DNA from: Candidatus Omnitrophota bacterium
Lineage (GTDB): Bacteria > Omnitrophota > Gorgyraeia > Zapsychrales > Zapsychraceae
Direction of reading: 5' to 3'
Assembly (NCBI GenBank): GCA_028280285.1
Contig: JANQMA010000024.1
Coordinates: 117 to 64,116, forward strand
Length of the DNA: 64,000 nt
Numbering within the stretch: the first letter of the stretch is position 1; the number at the start of each line of letters is the position of its first letter. This document shows, piece by piece, positions 24,432-34,419 of the stretch. The position numbers were made by a program, and so were the translations under genes. The notes under the pieces are model-generated. The model saw only the letters and a list, made by a program, of their open reading frames with translations. It ran no database searches and was not told where the DNA came from.

Positions 24432-26321
24432 ATGTCAAATCAAACAATTACATCATGGGAAAATCTGGGTTTATCGGAAGAATTAAACAGCATTTTATCT
24501 TTGGCCAAAAAAGTGCATATGCCAAAAAATAAAGCCGAGCTTGTTGAGCTTGCTATGGGCCAAACGGGAGAGAGCACATTTGAAGTCGCGTATAATATCC
24601 CGCAGCAAGGAAAATTCGTCGAGGCGCATGTTCACCGCTGCCTTAACGGCGTGGCGGTTAATTATACGGAAAGTTATATGCGACGACGTGATCCGGATTG
24701 TATGGTGATTGCCGACGGTAATCCGACAAATAAACCGCATTATGATAAGCGTTTTAAAAAACCTTTTGCTGAATTAAGAGAGGAAATATTCGATTGGCTT
24801 AAAACACAGGAATTGGTTGCGCTTCCCTTTTATGCGGGCAGCAAAGATTTAGGTTATGCGGCGTTATTGATCGGTCCTGCCAATGCTGCGTTTTTTGCCG
24901 CGGCCCTGGCGGAGCTGCAGGGAATGGTGCCGGTTGATCAAATAGAACCCGGGTTTTCTCCTAAGGCCGTTATTTGTCTTGCGCCGACCTTTCGCCATAC
25001 GCATTGTGACGGCCGGCAAGTTGTGATTCACAATCGTAGCGAACAATGCCATGAAATCTTTTCTCTCAACCTTTATCCGGGACCGAGTGCCAAAAAAGGT
25101 ATTTATGGTGTGTTGCTTAATCTTGGTGAGAAGCAAGAGTGGGTGACCGCACACGGTTCGTCGGTGCGCGTCACAACGCCGTATGATAATGAATTTGTTA
25201 TTATGCATGAAGGCGCCAGCGGCGGGGGTAAAAGCGAGATGTTGCAATACCCGCACCGTGAACCCGACGGGCGTTTATTGATCGGTGAGAATGTTCAAAC
25301 ACACAAGCGCCGTTATGTTCCGCTGTTTCAAGGGTGCACGCTTAATCCGATTACAGATGACATGGCTTTATGTCATCACGGTATTCAAAATGAAAGCGGA
25401 CGGCTCGTCATTCAAGACGCGGAAGAAGGATGGTTTGTTCGCGTTAACCATATTGATCATTACGGTATCGACCGGTATCTGGAAGAATTGTGCACCAATC
25501 CTCCGGAGCCGCTCGTCTTTTTAAATCTTTATTCGGTAGCCAATGCCACCTGCCTTATTTGGGAGCATACTGAAGATAAACCCGGTGAACCCTGCCCTAA
25601 CCCACGCGTTATCCTTCCCCGGCATATTGTCCCCGGCATCATCAATGACCCGGTTGAGGTCAATGTAAGAAGTTTTGGTGTCAGAACGCCGCCTTGTACC
25701 CAAGAGGTACCTACATACGGGATTATCGGTCTGCTTCATATCCTGCCACCGGCACTTGCCTGGTTGTGGAGACTCGTGGCTCCGCGTGGACACGCCAACC
25801 CGAGTATCACCGAAACAGGTGGAATGACAAGTGAAGGAGTAGGTTCGTACTGGCCGTTTGCGACCGGACGTCGTGTCGATCAGGCGAATCTGCTTCTTCG
25901 TCAGATTTTAAAAACACCGAAGACAAGGTTTACCTTGTCTCCGAATCAATATATCGGCGCATGGAAAGTCGGATTTATGCCGCAGTGGATTGCCCGGGAA
26001 TATTTATCCCGACGGGGCAGTGCAAGATTCAAACAAAGCCAGATAGAGGCGGCGCGCTGTCCGCTACTCGGTTATGCGATACATTCCATGCAGATCGAAG
26101 GGTTCTTTATCAGCAAAGAATTTTTGCAAGTTGACTCCCAACCGGAAGTCGGTGAAGAAACGTATGATAAGGGCGCAAAAATTCTGTCCGATTTCTTTAA
26201 GCAAGAACTCGCCTTTTATCTCAATGAGCCGGACTTGGATCCGCTCGGCCGGGAAATCATTGGGTGTTGTATGCGGGATGGTACGTTGAATGATTATTTA
26301 GAATTGATAAAGGCAGAGTAG
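24432..26321 (+). CDS. Conserved hypothetical 629-aa protein with an HprK/PEPCK-like P-loop (GASGGGKSE)
   Basis: The Walker-A-like motif HEGASGGGKSEMLQ resembles the HPr kinase G-x-SG-x-GKSE P-loop. The rest is unrecognised. Confidence 0.45.
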   Translation: MSNQTITSWENLGLSEELNSILSLAKKVHMPKNKAELVELAMGQTGESTFEVAYNIPQQGKFVEAHVHRCLNGVAVNYTESYMRRRDPDCMVIADGNPTNKPHYDKRFKKPFAELREEIFDWLKTQELVALPFYAGSKDLGYAALLIGPANAAFFAAALAELQGMVPVDQIEPGFSPKAVICLAPTFRHTHCDGRQVVIHNRSEQCHEIFSLNLYPGPSAKKGIYGVLLNLGEKQEWVTAHGSSVRVTTPYDNEFVIMHEGASGGGKSEMLQYPHREPDGRLLIGENVQTHKRRYVPLFQGCTLNPITDDMALCHHGIQNESGRLVIQDAEEGWFVRVNHIDHYGIDRYLEELCTNPPEPLVFLNLYSVANATCLIWEHTEDKPGEPCPNPRVILPRHIVPGIINDPVEVNVRSFGVRTPPCTQEVPTYGIIGLLHILPPALAWLWRLVAPRGHANPSITETGGMTSEGVGSYWPFATGRRVDQANLLLRQILKTPKTRFTLSPNQYIGAWKVGFMPQWIAREYLSRRGSARFKQSQIEAARCPLLGYAIHSMQIEGFFISKEFLQVDSQPEVGEETYDKGAKILSDFFKQELAFYLNEPDLDPLGREIIGCCMRDGTLNDYLELIKAE

Positions 26322-26324
26322 TGT

Positions 26325-26792
26325 ATGGAGGGAAAAACCATGAAGCCGGTTGATGAACCATTGATTCTTTTTTTACAAAAGATCATTCATTTTTCCGTCA
26401 GACTTTTGGCGATATTAATGACATTTGTGATCTTTTGGGGTGTGTTTGATGTTATCTGGGAGCTCTATCAAAGGTTGCGCGAGCCGCCGTTTATGCTGCT
26501 TGATATAAGCGATATCCTCGCGACGTTCGGCGCGTTTCTGGCGGTGCTGATTGCGATAGAAATCTTCATTAACATTACTGTGTACCTTAAAGAAGAAGTG
26601 ATTCATGTAAAGATTGTCCTCGCGACCGCGCTTATGGCCATTGCCCGGAAAGTCATTATCTTTGATTATACAGAACTTAGCGCCAATTATATCTATGCCA
26701 CCGCGGCGGTAGTCTTGGCGCTCAGCGTTGGTTATTGGCTTGTTATTGTGTATGGAGGAGAAAATGGCTCTCAAAAATTAACCGAGGAGTAG
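26325..26792 (+). CDS. PsiE-family (phosphate-starvation-inducible-like) membrane protein
   Basis: About 150 aa, 4 TM, and the topology and motif pattern of PsiE. Confidence 0.5.
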   Translation: MEGKTMKPVDEPLILFLQKIIHFSVRLLAILMTFVIFWGVFDVIWELYQRLREPPFMLLDISDILATFGAFLAVLIAIEIFINITVYLKEEVIHVKIVLATALMAIARKVIIFDYTELSANYIYATAAVVLALSVGYWLVIVYGGENGSQKLTEE

Positions 26793-26794
26793 TG

Positions 26795-27139
26795 ATGGAA
26801 AGAATAGGTGAGAAAGATAAAAATAAGTTTATTTTTTATGCCGGATTATTTCTCATCAACATTGTTTTTGCCATTGATATGGTTGTTGATTGGGGGATAT
26901 TCAGCGGGTTTCTCTATTTGACTGTACTGCCTTTGGCAATCTTCAGCACCGATCCCAAAAAGAGCCTTCTGTTTGCCTGGCTGGCCTCCGTTTACATGGT
27001 TTTCGAAGTGGTTGTTTTATCCTATGAAGGCGAATTTGTGGAGAATTTAACCAACCACAGTTTGGCTTTTATTGTTCTTTGGGTTGTTGTCATTACGATT
27101 GAGAATTTCTATAAAAGAAAGGACTATTATGGAACTTAA
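26795..27139 (+). CDS. Small integral membrane protein (3-4 TM), hypothetical
   Basis: RBS GAGGAGtagtgATG. Hydrophobic throughout. Confidence 0.45.
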   Translation: MERIGEKDKNKFIFYAGLFLINIVFAIDMVVDWGIFSGFLYLTVLPLAIFSTDPKKSLLFAWLASVYMVFEVVVLSYEGEFVENLTNHSLAFIVLWVVVITIENFYKRKDYYGT

Positions 27140-27452
27140 TGCTATAAAGTTAGTGACAATTATCGGTCCCAAAACGATAAAGGATGACATTATCGCTTTA
27201 TTCAAAGCGGCCGGTATCAGCGGATATACATACGGTTATGTCTTCGGCGGCGGAGAGAGCCGCTTAAAAGGGACAGAAGCCGGAGAAAAAGAAAACGTTC
27301 AGTTTGCCGTCTTGGTCCATCATCTGCTTGCCATTACACTGATGGATGTCATTGCTCAAGAGTACTTTGATAAAGAGAAAGTCATTGTCTTTGAACAAAA
27401 CGCGAACGTTATCCGGTATAAAAAATTCGAAAAAGTAGAGTATGAAGCATAA
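27129..27452 (+). CDS. P-II-like small regulatory protein (GlnB-like fold candidate)
   Basis: About 107 aa. MELNAIKLVTIIGPKTIKDDIIALFKAAGISGYTY resembles the PII beta-alpha-beta N-terminus. Overlaps the downstream permease gene by 11 nt. Confidence 0.4.
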   Translation: MELNAIKLVTIIGPKTIKDDIIALFKAAGISGYTYGYVFGGGESRLKGTEAGEKENVQFAVLVHHLLAITLMDVIAQEYFDKEKVIVFEQNANVIRYKKFEKVEYEA

Positions 27453-29304
27453 GAAAAGCCTAAAAAAAGAACTCACCTTTATTGATATATTTTGTCTTGC
27501 CACAGGAGCGATGATCAGCTCCGGGCTTTTTGTCCTTCCGGGAATCGCCCACACCCATGTCGGTCCCGCATTATTTATTTCTTATCTTTTGGCCGGCCTT
27601 TTGGCTATGACGGGCCTTTTCAGCCAGGCTGAACTTGTCTCGGCTATGCCGAAGTCAGGCGGCGCGTATTTTTTTGTGACGCGCAGTTTGGGGCCTGCCG
27701 TCGGGACGATACAGGGTTTGCTTACCTGGTTTTCTTTGATTCTTAAGGCAGCCTTTGCACTCGTCGGTATGGCGGCTTTTATAAAATTAATATTCCCGCA
27801 GTTAGGAGAGTCCATGGTGGCCATACCATGGGTTGGGATTTTATTAGCCCTATTTTTTATTTTGCTTAATTTAGTGGGCGCCAAGAAGGCCGGAAGGCTG
27901 CAGGTTTATCTTGTTGTGTTTCTTCTGATTTCTTTGCTTTTGTATGTTTTCTTTGGTATGCAATCCATAAAAGTGGATAATCTCGTTCCGTTTACGCCGC
28001 TCGGGATCGAACCGATTTTTATTATGACCGGTTTTGTTTTTATCGCTTATGGGGGGTTGCTTAATGTGGCCAGTGTTGCCGAAGAGGTCAGACGGGCCGA
28101 GAAGGTTGTGCCCCAGGCGATGATTGCCTCTTTGGCTGTTGTTATGCTTTTTTATTCGATCGTCGTTTTTGTAACCACGGGTGTTTTAGGTGCAGAACAA
28201 CTGGACGGGTCTTTAACGCCATTGTCGCTCGGTGCCGAAGTGGCGATGGGGCAGTGGGGTGTTGTGGTTTTGAGTTTGGCGGCGATTATGTCTTTTGTGA
28301 CAACGGCCAATGCCGGGCTTATGGCGGCGTCCCGTTATCCTTTGGCGTTAAGCCGGGACAAATTATTGCCGGGCTTCTTAAGTAAGATCCACACGAAATA
28401 CCAAACACCGTTTTTGGCTATTATTTTCTCCGGTGTGGTTTTGGTGTTATGTTTATTCCTCAAACTTGATCTTTTAGTTGAGCTGGCTTCAACCGTTCTT
28501 ATTCTTACATTTATATTATCCCACTTGTCTGTTTTGATATTACGTGAAAGTAAAGTGCAGAATTACAGGCCGACATTTACGTCACCCCTTTATCCCTGGA
28601 TACAAATTATCGGGACTGTTATTTTTCTTTTCATTCTCTTTGAGATGAGTAGGGAAGTCTTTTTCGTTAAAATCGTTCTGGTCGTATCGGCTTTATTTGT
28701 GTATTGGTTTTACGGTAGAATCAGAACCGAGCAGAAGTTTGCCTTGCTTCATATCATCGAACGTTTAACGGCCAAAGAGCTAGTGACAGGTGAGCTGGAA
28801 AAAGAGCTGAAAGAAATTGTTCAGGAGAGAGACGAGATTGTTAAGGATCGTTTTGATCACATGATTGAGGACTGCGAAGTGTTTGATGTTGATCATAAAA
28901 TTACTGTTGATCAATTATTTGAAATAGCTTCTGGTATTATTGCCGAAAAAGTGGAATGCTCCCCTGAAAGTATTGAACTTGCGCTTCTAAAGCGTGAAAG
29001 AGAGAACTCGACCGCACTTAATGACGAGGTGGCCATCCCGCATGTGATCATTGAGGGGGAAAATAAATTTGATATTTTACTCGTCCGCTGTAAGGGGGGC
29101 ATTGTGTTTAATGAAGACCATCCGGATATCAATGCTGTTTTTATCCTTTACGGGACCATGGATGAACGTAATTTCCATCTGCGCGCCTTATCCGCGATTG
29201 CCCAGATTGTCAGTGATCATCAATTTAATGAAAGATGGCTGGCAGCCAAAAATGAACAGGCCATCCGCGATGCGATTATTTTGGGCAAAAGAAAACGCAA
29301 ATAA
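27442..29304 (+). CDS. APC-family amino-acid permease fused to a C-terminal PTS EIIA type-2 (EIIA-Ntr-like) domain
   Basis: 12 TM permease core. The C-terminus EVAIPHVIIEGENKFDILLVRCKGGIVFNE ... LRALSAIAQIV is the EIIA-2 fold with the His site. Confidence 0.7.
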   Translation: MKHKKSLKKELTFIDIFCLATGAMISSGLFVLPGIAHTHVGPALFISYLLAGLLAMTGLFSQAELVSAMPKSGGAYFFVTRSLGPAVGTIQGLLTWFSLILKAAFALVGMAAFIKLIFPQLGESMVAIPWVGILLALFFILLNLVGAKKAGRLQVYLVVFLLISLLLYVFFGMQSIKVDNLVPFTPLGIEPIFIMTGFVFIAYGGLLNVASVAEEVRRAEKVVPQAMIASLAVVMLFYSIVVFVTTGVLGAEQLDGSLTPLSLGAEVAMGQWGVVVLSLAAIMSFVTTANAGLMAASRYPLALSRDKLLPGFLSKIHTKYQTPFLAIIFSGVVLVLCLFLKLDLLVELASTVLILTFILSHLSVLILRESKVQNYRPTFTSPLYPWIQIIGTVIFLFILFEMSREVFFVKIVLVVSALFVYWFYGRIRTEQKFALLHIIERLTAKELVTGELEKELKEIVQERDEIVKDRFDHMIEDCEVFDVDHKITVDQLFEIASGIIAEKVECSPESIELALLKRERENSTALNDEVAIPHVIIEGENKFDILLVRCKGGIVFNEDHPDINAVFILYGTMDERNFHLRALSAIAQIVSDHQFNERWLAAKNEQAIRDAIILGKRKRK

Positions 29305-29333
29305 TCCCCTTCGTCTTCGCATTGCATTAAATA

Positions 29334-30220
29334 GTGTCAGAACTCGATAAATATTTGTAAATAAATAACTTACAGATGAATTAGATATAGTTGCAATTAC
29401 GATTAAAGTAAGTATAATAAAATAATAATACATTCCCCCTCTGTTTTAAAAGCTGCTTGATTTTCCGATTTACCATAAGAAAGGAGAAGAAAGTGGCTAG
29501 ACCAATCCGCATACACCATCCAGGTTTAATTTATCATGTGATCAACCGAGGTAATAATCGCCAAGCGATATTTCTCGAGGAGGAAGATTATGAGAAATAT
29601 CTAGGTATAATTTACAGGTATAAAAAGAAATACGGATTTAAATTGTATTCTTATTGCTTAATGAATAATCATATTCATTTATTAATTCAGGTTAACAATA
29701 AGGCAACGATAAGTAAAATTATGCAATGCATTACAGTGGCGCATACAAGGCATTATCATTTTAAATATGAAACCGGGGGGCATGTATGGCAGGGGCGTTT
29801 TAGTAGTCCGATTGTTAGTGATGATGTATACATGTTAAGGGTTATGCAGTATATTGAGCAAAATCCATTGCGGGCAAAAATCGTCAGGGAAATTGGCGCG
29901 TATAAATGGTCCAGTTATAAGCTGCAGGTAAGAAGAAAAGATTCCAAACTGATCGATAGGAAGGATAATCACGTGTTTACTGATCTTGGCCAGAATGTGG
30001 AGGAGCAAATACGTATATATAAACAAGCCATGAAAGAAGGAATTGAACAATGGTCTGTCACGCAAATCAAAAAAAGCATGAAAGGAAACACCCATTTTAT
30101 TTCAGAAAAATTCCAAAAGAAGATGCAAGACATGTTGCCACAAAAAAAGAAGGTTGGAAGGCCAAGAAAGCAATTAATTTGTAAGTAATTGTCAGCAATA
30201 ACCTTGCCGAGTTCTGACAC
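29334..30220. mobile_element. REPtron: an IS200/IS605-like HuH Y1 transposase (RAYT) flanked by inverted REP family 2 sequences (GTGTCAGAACTCG ... CGAGTTCTGACAC)
   Basis: Left REP 29334-29346, right REP 30208-30220. The transposase gene lies between them. Confidence 0.75.
29493..30188 (+). CDS. REP-associated tyrosine transposase (RAYT, IS200-like HuH)
   Basis: HuH motif NNHIHLL, catalytic Tyr region and N-terminus PGLIYHVINRGNNRQAIF. GTG start with ideal SD (AAGGAGaagaaaGTG). The ORF tracker's upstream ATG at 29457 is less likely. Confidence 0.8.
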   Translation: MARPIRIHHPGLIYHVINRGNNRQAIFLEEEDYEKYLGIIYRYKKKYGFKLYSYCLMNNHIHLLIQVNNKATISKIMQCITVAHTRHYHFKYETGGHVWQGRFSSPIVSDDVYMLRVMQYIEQNPLRAKIVREIGAYKWSSYKLQVRRKDSKLIDRKDNHVFTDLGQNVEEQIRIYKQAMKEGIEQWSVTQIKKSMKGNTHFISEKFQKKMQDMLPQKKKVGRPRKQLICK

Positions 30221-30396
30221 CAATTCTTACATTCTCAAAAAAACAAGAAATGGCTTTGAATCAAGCCGATTATCCCTATAATAAAATTATAATTTGCGTA
30301 AACATTTGAAAATAAACAAGATAAAAATGTTAGCTTAAAGTAGAGTTTTGACAGTTGTCTTAGTGTGCCTGAAGTACGAAATCTATAGGAGGGATT

Positions 30397-31794
30397 ATGA
30401 TGAAAAGGGTTTTATTGCTAGTATTTGTTTGCCTATTGTCGACTTCTGTCGCATGGTCAGCAGAAGGATATAAGGAAATCTCCAAAGAAGGGTATAAGGA
30501 GGCTAAAAAGGGCGGATATGATAAAGAAGAGAGTTATATAAACGAACATTTGCCAGACTGGATCGATGTGGATGTTGAGTTTCGTAAGCGCATTGAGTTT
30601 CGTGATGATTTTGATTTTGACAGCACGGTTGATGATGAAGACGCATTTAAGCTTATGCGCACCCGTGTGGGTGTTACACTCAAACCGACCAAACACATAA
30701 AATTATACTCTCTTTTTCAGGATTCTCGGATATTTGATGATTCGGTTTTTTCGGATAAATCAAAATACGAGAATTGGGCCGATATCAAAAAATTATATAT
30801 AAAGTACAAAGATATATTCAAAATAGATGAAATCGGGCTTAAAGGGGTCTCATTTGTTTTAGGTCGCCAAGGGTTTAAATATGGTAATGAAAGACTCCTT
30901 GGTGATCCAAACTGGGGCAATGTTGGCCAATCATTTGATGCCGGTAAAGCTATTTTTAAATTTGACAACAACTTGCAAATTGATGTCTTTAGTGGTGACA
31001 AATCAGATAAAAAGATACCGCGAGAGTTTGACGATTTATACGAGGGCGGAGCGAAAGACCGGATTAGCGGATACTACGCTTCCTATCAACATAATGAAGA
31101 TACAATGATTGAACAATATTTGATTGAACGTAAAACAAATAAAAACAAATCTTTCGGGCCTTCCGCGTCCGGGGAGTTAGAGGAATATACGTTAGGGGGC
31201 CGTATCGCGGGTCAACTGAGTGATACGGGTTTTGATTATGACTTTGAAGCGGCGTATCAGTGGGGTGATATGGAAAGCTTGGATATTTCCGCCTGGATGA
31301 TGGCGGCGATACTAGGGTACACATTTGATCACGCGTGGTCGCCACGTTTAGCGGTGGAAGTAGATTACGCCTCAGGGGATTCTGATAAAACGGATGATAA
31401 ACGTAATACATTCGATAATCTGCATCCAACGAATCATAAATTCTATGGGTATATGGATCGCGTCAGCTTGCAAAACGTTAAGATTTACAGCTTGCAATCA
31501 TCCGCCAAGCCAATGGATAAGTTAAAGCTTCAGGGTAATCTGCACTTTATCTTTTTGGATACACCGAATGATTATTTGTATGATTCGGCCCGCAAAAAAA
31601 TCCGTTCGACAACCGGGGCCAGTTTTAGCCGCCATGTGGGTAATGAGCTAGATTTGACAGCGAAATATAAAGTCAGCTCTTTTGCAGATCTTTTAGTCGG
31701 TTATTCTCACTTTTTTGCCGGAGACTATCTTGATGATACCGGAGAGAAGGATGATGCCGATTTTGCTTATGTTCAGACGACTTTGAAATTTTAA
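30397..31794 (+). CDS. Secreted outer-membrane beta-barrel protein (alginate-export/porin-like, tentative)
   Basis: Signal peptide. Alternating beta-strand pattern. C-terminal aromatic residue (TLKF). Confidence 0.5.
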   Translation: MMKRVLLLVFVCLLSTSVAWSAEGYKEISKEGYKEAKKGGYDKEESYINEHLPDWIDVDVEFRKRIEFRDDFDFDSTVDDEDAFKLMRTRVGVTLKPTKHIKLYSLFQDSRIFDDSVFSDKSKYENWADIKKLYIKYKDIFKIDEIGLKGVSFVLGRQGFKYGNERLLGDPNWGNVGQSFDAGKAIFKFDNNLQIDVFSGDKSDKKIPREFDDLYEGGAKDRISGYYASYQHNEDTMIEQYLIERKTNKNKSFGPSASGELEEYTLGGRIAGQLSDTGFDYDFEAAYQWGDMESLDISAWMMAAILGYTFDHAWSPRLAVEVDYASGDSDKTDDKRNTFDNLHPTNHKFYGYMDRVSLQNVKIYSLQSSAKPMDKLKLQGNLHFIFLDTPNDYLYDSARKKIRSTTGASFSRHVGNELDLTAKYKVSSFADLLVGYSHFFAGDYLDDTGEKDDADFAYVQTTLKF

Positions 31795-32003
31795 GTCGTT
31801 TAGCGGATCCTTAAATATTGACAAAATAAATGCCGGAGGTTAGTATAAGGGGAGTCGTGATGCTTTATGACTAATTACCGGCACAGATGTCGGGACAGGG
31901 TTTAATCAAAGTGCCCAATTCACCCAAGCAATCCAATGAAGGATAATGGATTACTTGGGTTTTTTTGTGTGGATGGGTACAAGGAATAAAAGGAGATCGT
32001 AGT

Positions 32004-33095
32004 ATGTCATGTATAGAAGAAAATGAAGACTTGGGCCGTAAAAGCGGTATTTTGTTATTTGGGATGATATTATTGATTGCTGTGATCGGGGCAACCCGGG
32101 ATATTGCAGAACATCACGCAGATGAGAGTCTCAATAATGCTGAAACAGAGCTAATCGCGAACGCTGATGTTGAATATGAGTTTTATGAAACCGACCCATC
32201 ATCGGCATCGGTGGAAATGGAAGAGATTGTTGTCGAAGAAACTGAGCAGGACATTGTGTCTGAGGCGGCTGTGGAAAAGGCTGAGACTGTTCTTGAGACT
32301 GCAGAAGAGGCGATTATTCCTGAGATTGAAGAGGTTGTAGAAGCAAAGGTGCAAGAGGTTGAGATCGAGGTTGACACTGTTGCCGAAGACATCGCAGAGG
32401 AAATTGTGCTTGAGGAGGTTGAAACTGTTGCCGAAGTTGTAGAGGAAGTTATTCCTGAGGAGGTTGCAATCGCTGATGCAATTGGCGAGGAAATCGTACC
32501 TGAGGCAGAGGCAAAGGTAGAAGAGATCGAAATGGTTGCCGAAATTGTAGAAGAAGCAGTTGTAGAGGAAGTTCAAGAGAAGGATTCATTTAATTCAAAG
32601 TTGATCGAAGATGTGTATAAGATGAAAACGCACCAGACAGCATTTACAACGCCTACTCCGCCAGCCGTAGGTGATAAGCCAATGTGCCAACTCAAACAGC
32701 TGGGCCTTCAGTTTCTTTGTGATCCTTTATGGCCGGTGATATCTTCTGCTTCAGGCGTTGACCGTATTGTGATTGAAAGGGATCCGCTGATCACAATGGG
32801 TATTACCAAACTGGATAAAAAACATCGTTTTTTGAGTCAGTTAAATAAAATCTTTTTTGAGAAAACAGGCCTATATAAAGATGGATTTAGGACGGAAAAT
32901 GTTGTTTTTGCCGGACATAAAGCGGTGCTGGTTAAAGCCTTATCAACATTTAGTGATTCGGCCCAAATCCGCGATTATTTTTATATTTATGATGGCGCGA
33001 CCGTCCATATATCTTTTATGTTACCGGAAACAGAATGGTCTAAAGAAGACAGTAAAAAACTGCAGGAAATTACGCAAGGGTTTAAAAAGTTATAG
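32004..33095 (+). CDS. Hypothetical protein with a long acidic E/V-rich tandem-repeat region and a conserved-looking C-terminal domain
   Basis: SD AAAAGGAGatcgtagtATG. Imperfect tandem DNA repeats at about 32200-32570 encode EEVxxEVxxV units. Confidence 0.5.
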   Translation: MSCIEENEDLGRKSGILLFGMILLIAVIGATRDIAEHHADESLNNAETELIANADVEYEFYETDPSSASVEMEEIVVEETEQDIVSEAAVEKAETVLETAEEAIIPEIEEVVEAKVQEVEIEVDTVAEDIAEEIVLEEVETVAEVVEEVIPEEVAIADAIGEEIVPEAEAKVEEIEMVAEIVEEAVVEEVQEKDSFNSKLIEDVYKMKTHQTAFTTPTPPAVGDKPMCQLKQLGLQFLCDPLWPVISSASGVDRIVIERDPLITMGITKLDKKHRFLSQLNKIFFEKTGLYKDGFRTENVVFAGHKAVLVKALSTFSDSAQIRDYFYIYDGATVHISFMLPETEWSKEDSKKLQEITQGFKKL

Positions 33096-33122
33096 AGGCC
33101 ACAAGTTTCCGACGGGTAAGCA

Positions 33123-34229
33123 TTATTGTTGCCAAAATCGGTAAAACTCTATTTCGATTGTTTTTATATCCTTTTGAATAAAGCGTTCTAACAGTTTGAC
33201 ATCCCCTTTAAAAAGGCTTAAGAAAGGGTGCTTCTTGACGTAAAGCAGGTAGTCGAGGAAGGGCTCTTTATATTCACTCATCAAAAATTGTGTGAAAGCC
33301 CACACTTGTGTATAAAATGTTTTTATATCATCATTCTTAACGGATTTCATTATAAGAAAATTTTCTAGAGCAAAAAATTTATTTTTCTGCATTTGAACGG
33401 TGCTAATGCGCCTGGCTGATTTCTCACCGAGGCGTGCTGTCTCGGCGTAGGTCGCGAGCCCCTCCACCAGCCACAACCGGTCAATGTTATAGCCAAAGTG
33501 TAATTTCGATGTATAGAATATTTGATGGGCCCCTTCATGACGGATGGTGTCATCCGGGTATTCGGTTTTTCGACGGACATCATAGCTATAATTGACAAAA
33601 AGGATATCATGTGTGCTTGAGTAGACACCGATGCTGTCAACAAAGTTTGGGTTTATTGTTTGAATGAAGTTTTTGTAATCGTCTGATTCAGAAAAGACCA
33701 CGGCGCATATACGGTTTTTCTTTTCTTTAAAGGTAACGATTTCAGGAAAAGTGTTTTTGATATTTTTGTAAAGTTGTTTAAGCGTGCCGGCGACAGGTCC
33801 GCTTAAGCTTTGCCCACCTGATGTAAACACTGTGTAATTTTCATAGCGCGCAAAAGTCATGTTGGGGAAAAGACGTCGTGCGATAATTTCGGACGCTCCG
33901 ACAGGGAATGTTTGGGCATTAACGGTCAGATCAAAGACATCCTGCCTGTTGATTGTATGATCTTTAAAAGATCCTTGGGTTAAATGCTCACGGACAATAA
34001 TTTTTTCCTCATCACGAGTAAGTATTTCTCCATTAATATTGCTTCCCGACATTAAAATAATCTGGTGTGTGTTAGGCGATGGTTTGGGGTCCGGGAGTAT
34101 TTCCCGTGCTTCTTTTTGATAGACGATAGGATATAGTGCATTTTTAAAGGGTGAACGCAGTGAGAAGAATGAAAAGTATCCTAATAAAACGATAAAGATA
34201 CTGAGTAATATCACCAAACGTGTTTTCAT
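33123..34229 (-). CDS. Membrane-anchored HExxH zinc metallopeptidase-like protein (DUF1570-like)
   Basis: HExxH in TIRHEGAHQIFY. The N-terminal TM is MKTRLVILLSIFIVLLGYF. The ORF tracker extends to 34301, but the internal Met at 34229 gives a proper signal anchor. Confidence 0.55.
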   Translation of the reverse strand: MKTRLVILLSIFIVLLGYFSFFSLRSPFKNALYPIVYQKEAREILPDPKPSPNTHQIILMSGSNINGEILTRDEEKIIVREHLTQGSFKDHTINRQDVFDLTVNAQTFPVGASEIIARRLFPNMTFARYENYTVFTSGGQSLSGPVAGTLKQLYKNIKNTFPEIVTFKEKKNRICAVVFSESDDYKNFIQTINPNFVDSIGVYSSTHDILFVNYSYDVRRKTEYPDDTIRHEGAHQIFYTSKLHFGYNIDRLWLVEGLATYAETARLGEKSARRISTVQMQKNKFFALENFLIMKSVKNDDIKTFYTQVWAFTQFLMSEYKEPFLDYLLYVKKHPFLSLFKGDVKLLERFIQKDIKTIEIEFYRFWQQ

Positions 34230-34419
34230 GTGGCTATGGTAACATGATTGATCTGTCAAGAAAATGGAAAATAAGACAATTATTTTTGTTTTGCCGCACA
34301 TGGACCGGTAGATAAACCATAGTAGAAAAGCGAAAAAAGTTATTTTTATATAATTGATTTAGGTAAGTTTTGTTACAATTATAAAATAATCCTTTCTAAT
34401 TATAGCTTGCTAACTTCAA

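Noticed and set aside
29457-29492. ATG start at 29457 for the RAYT transposase
   Set aside because: A GTG at 29493 is preceded by a perfect AAGGAG SD at optimal spacing and gives the conserved N-terminus ARPIRIHHPG. The upstream ATG adds a non-conserved extension
33123-34301. Longer 392-aa version of the metallopeptidase ORF starting at 34301
   Set aside because: The extra 24 N-terminal residues lack a signal-anchor character, whereas the internal Met at 34229 starts a proper TM anchor. The longer frame is kept only as an alternative
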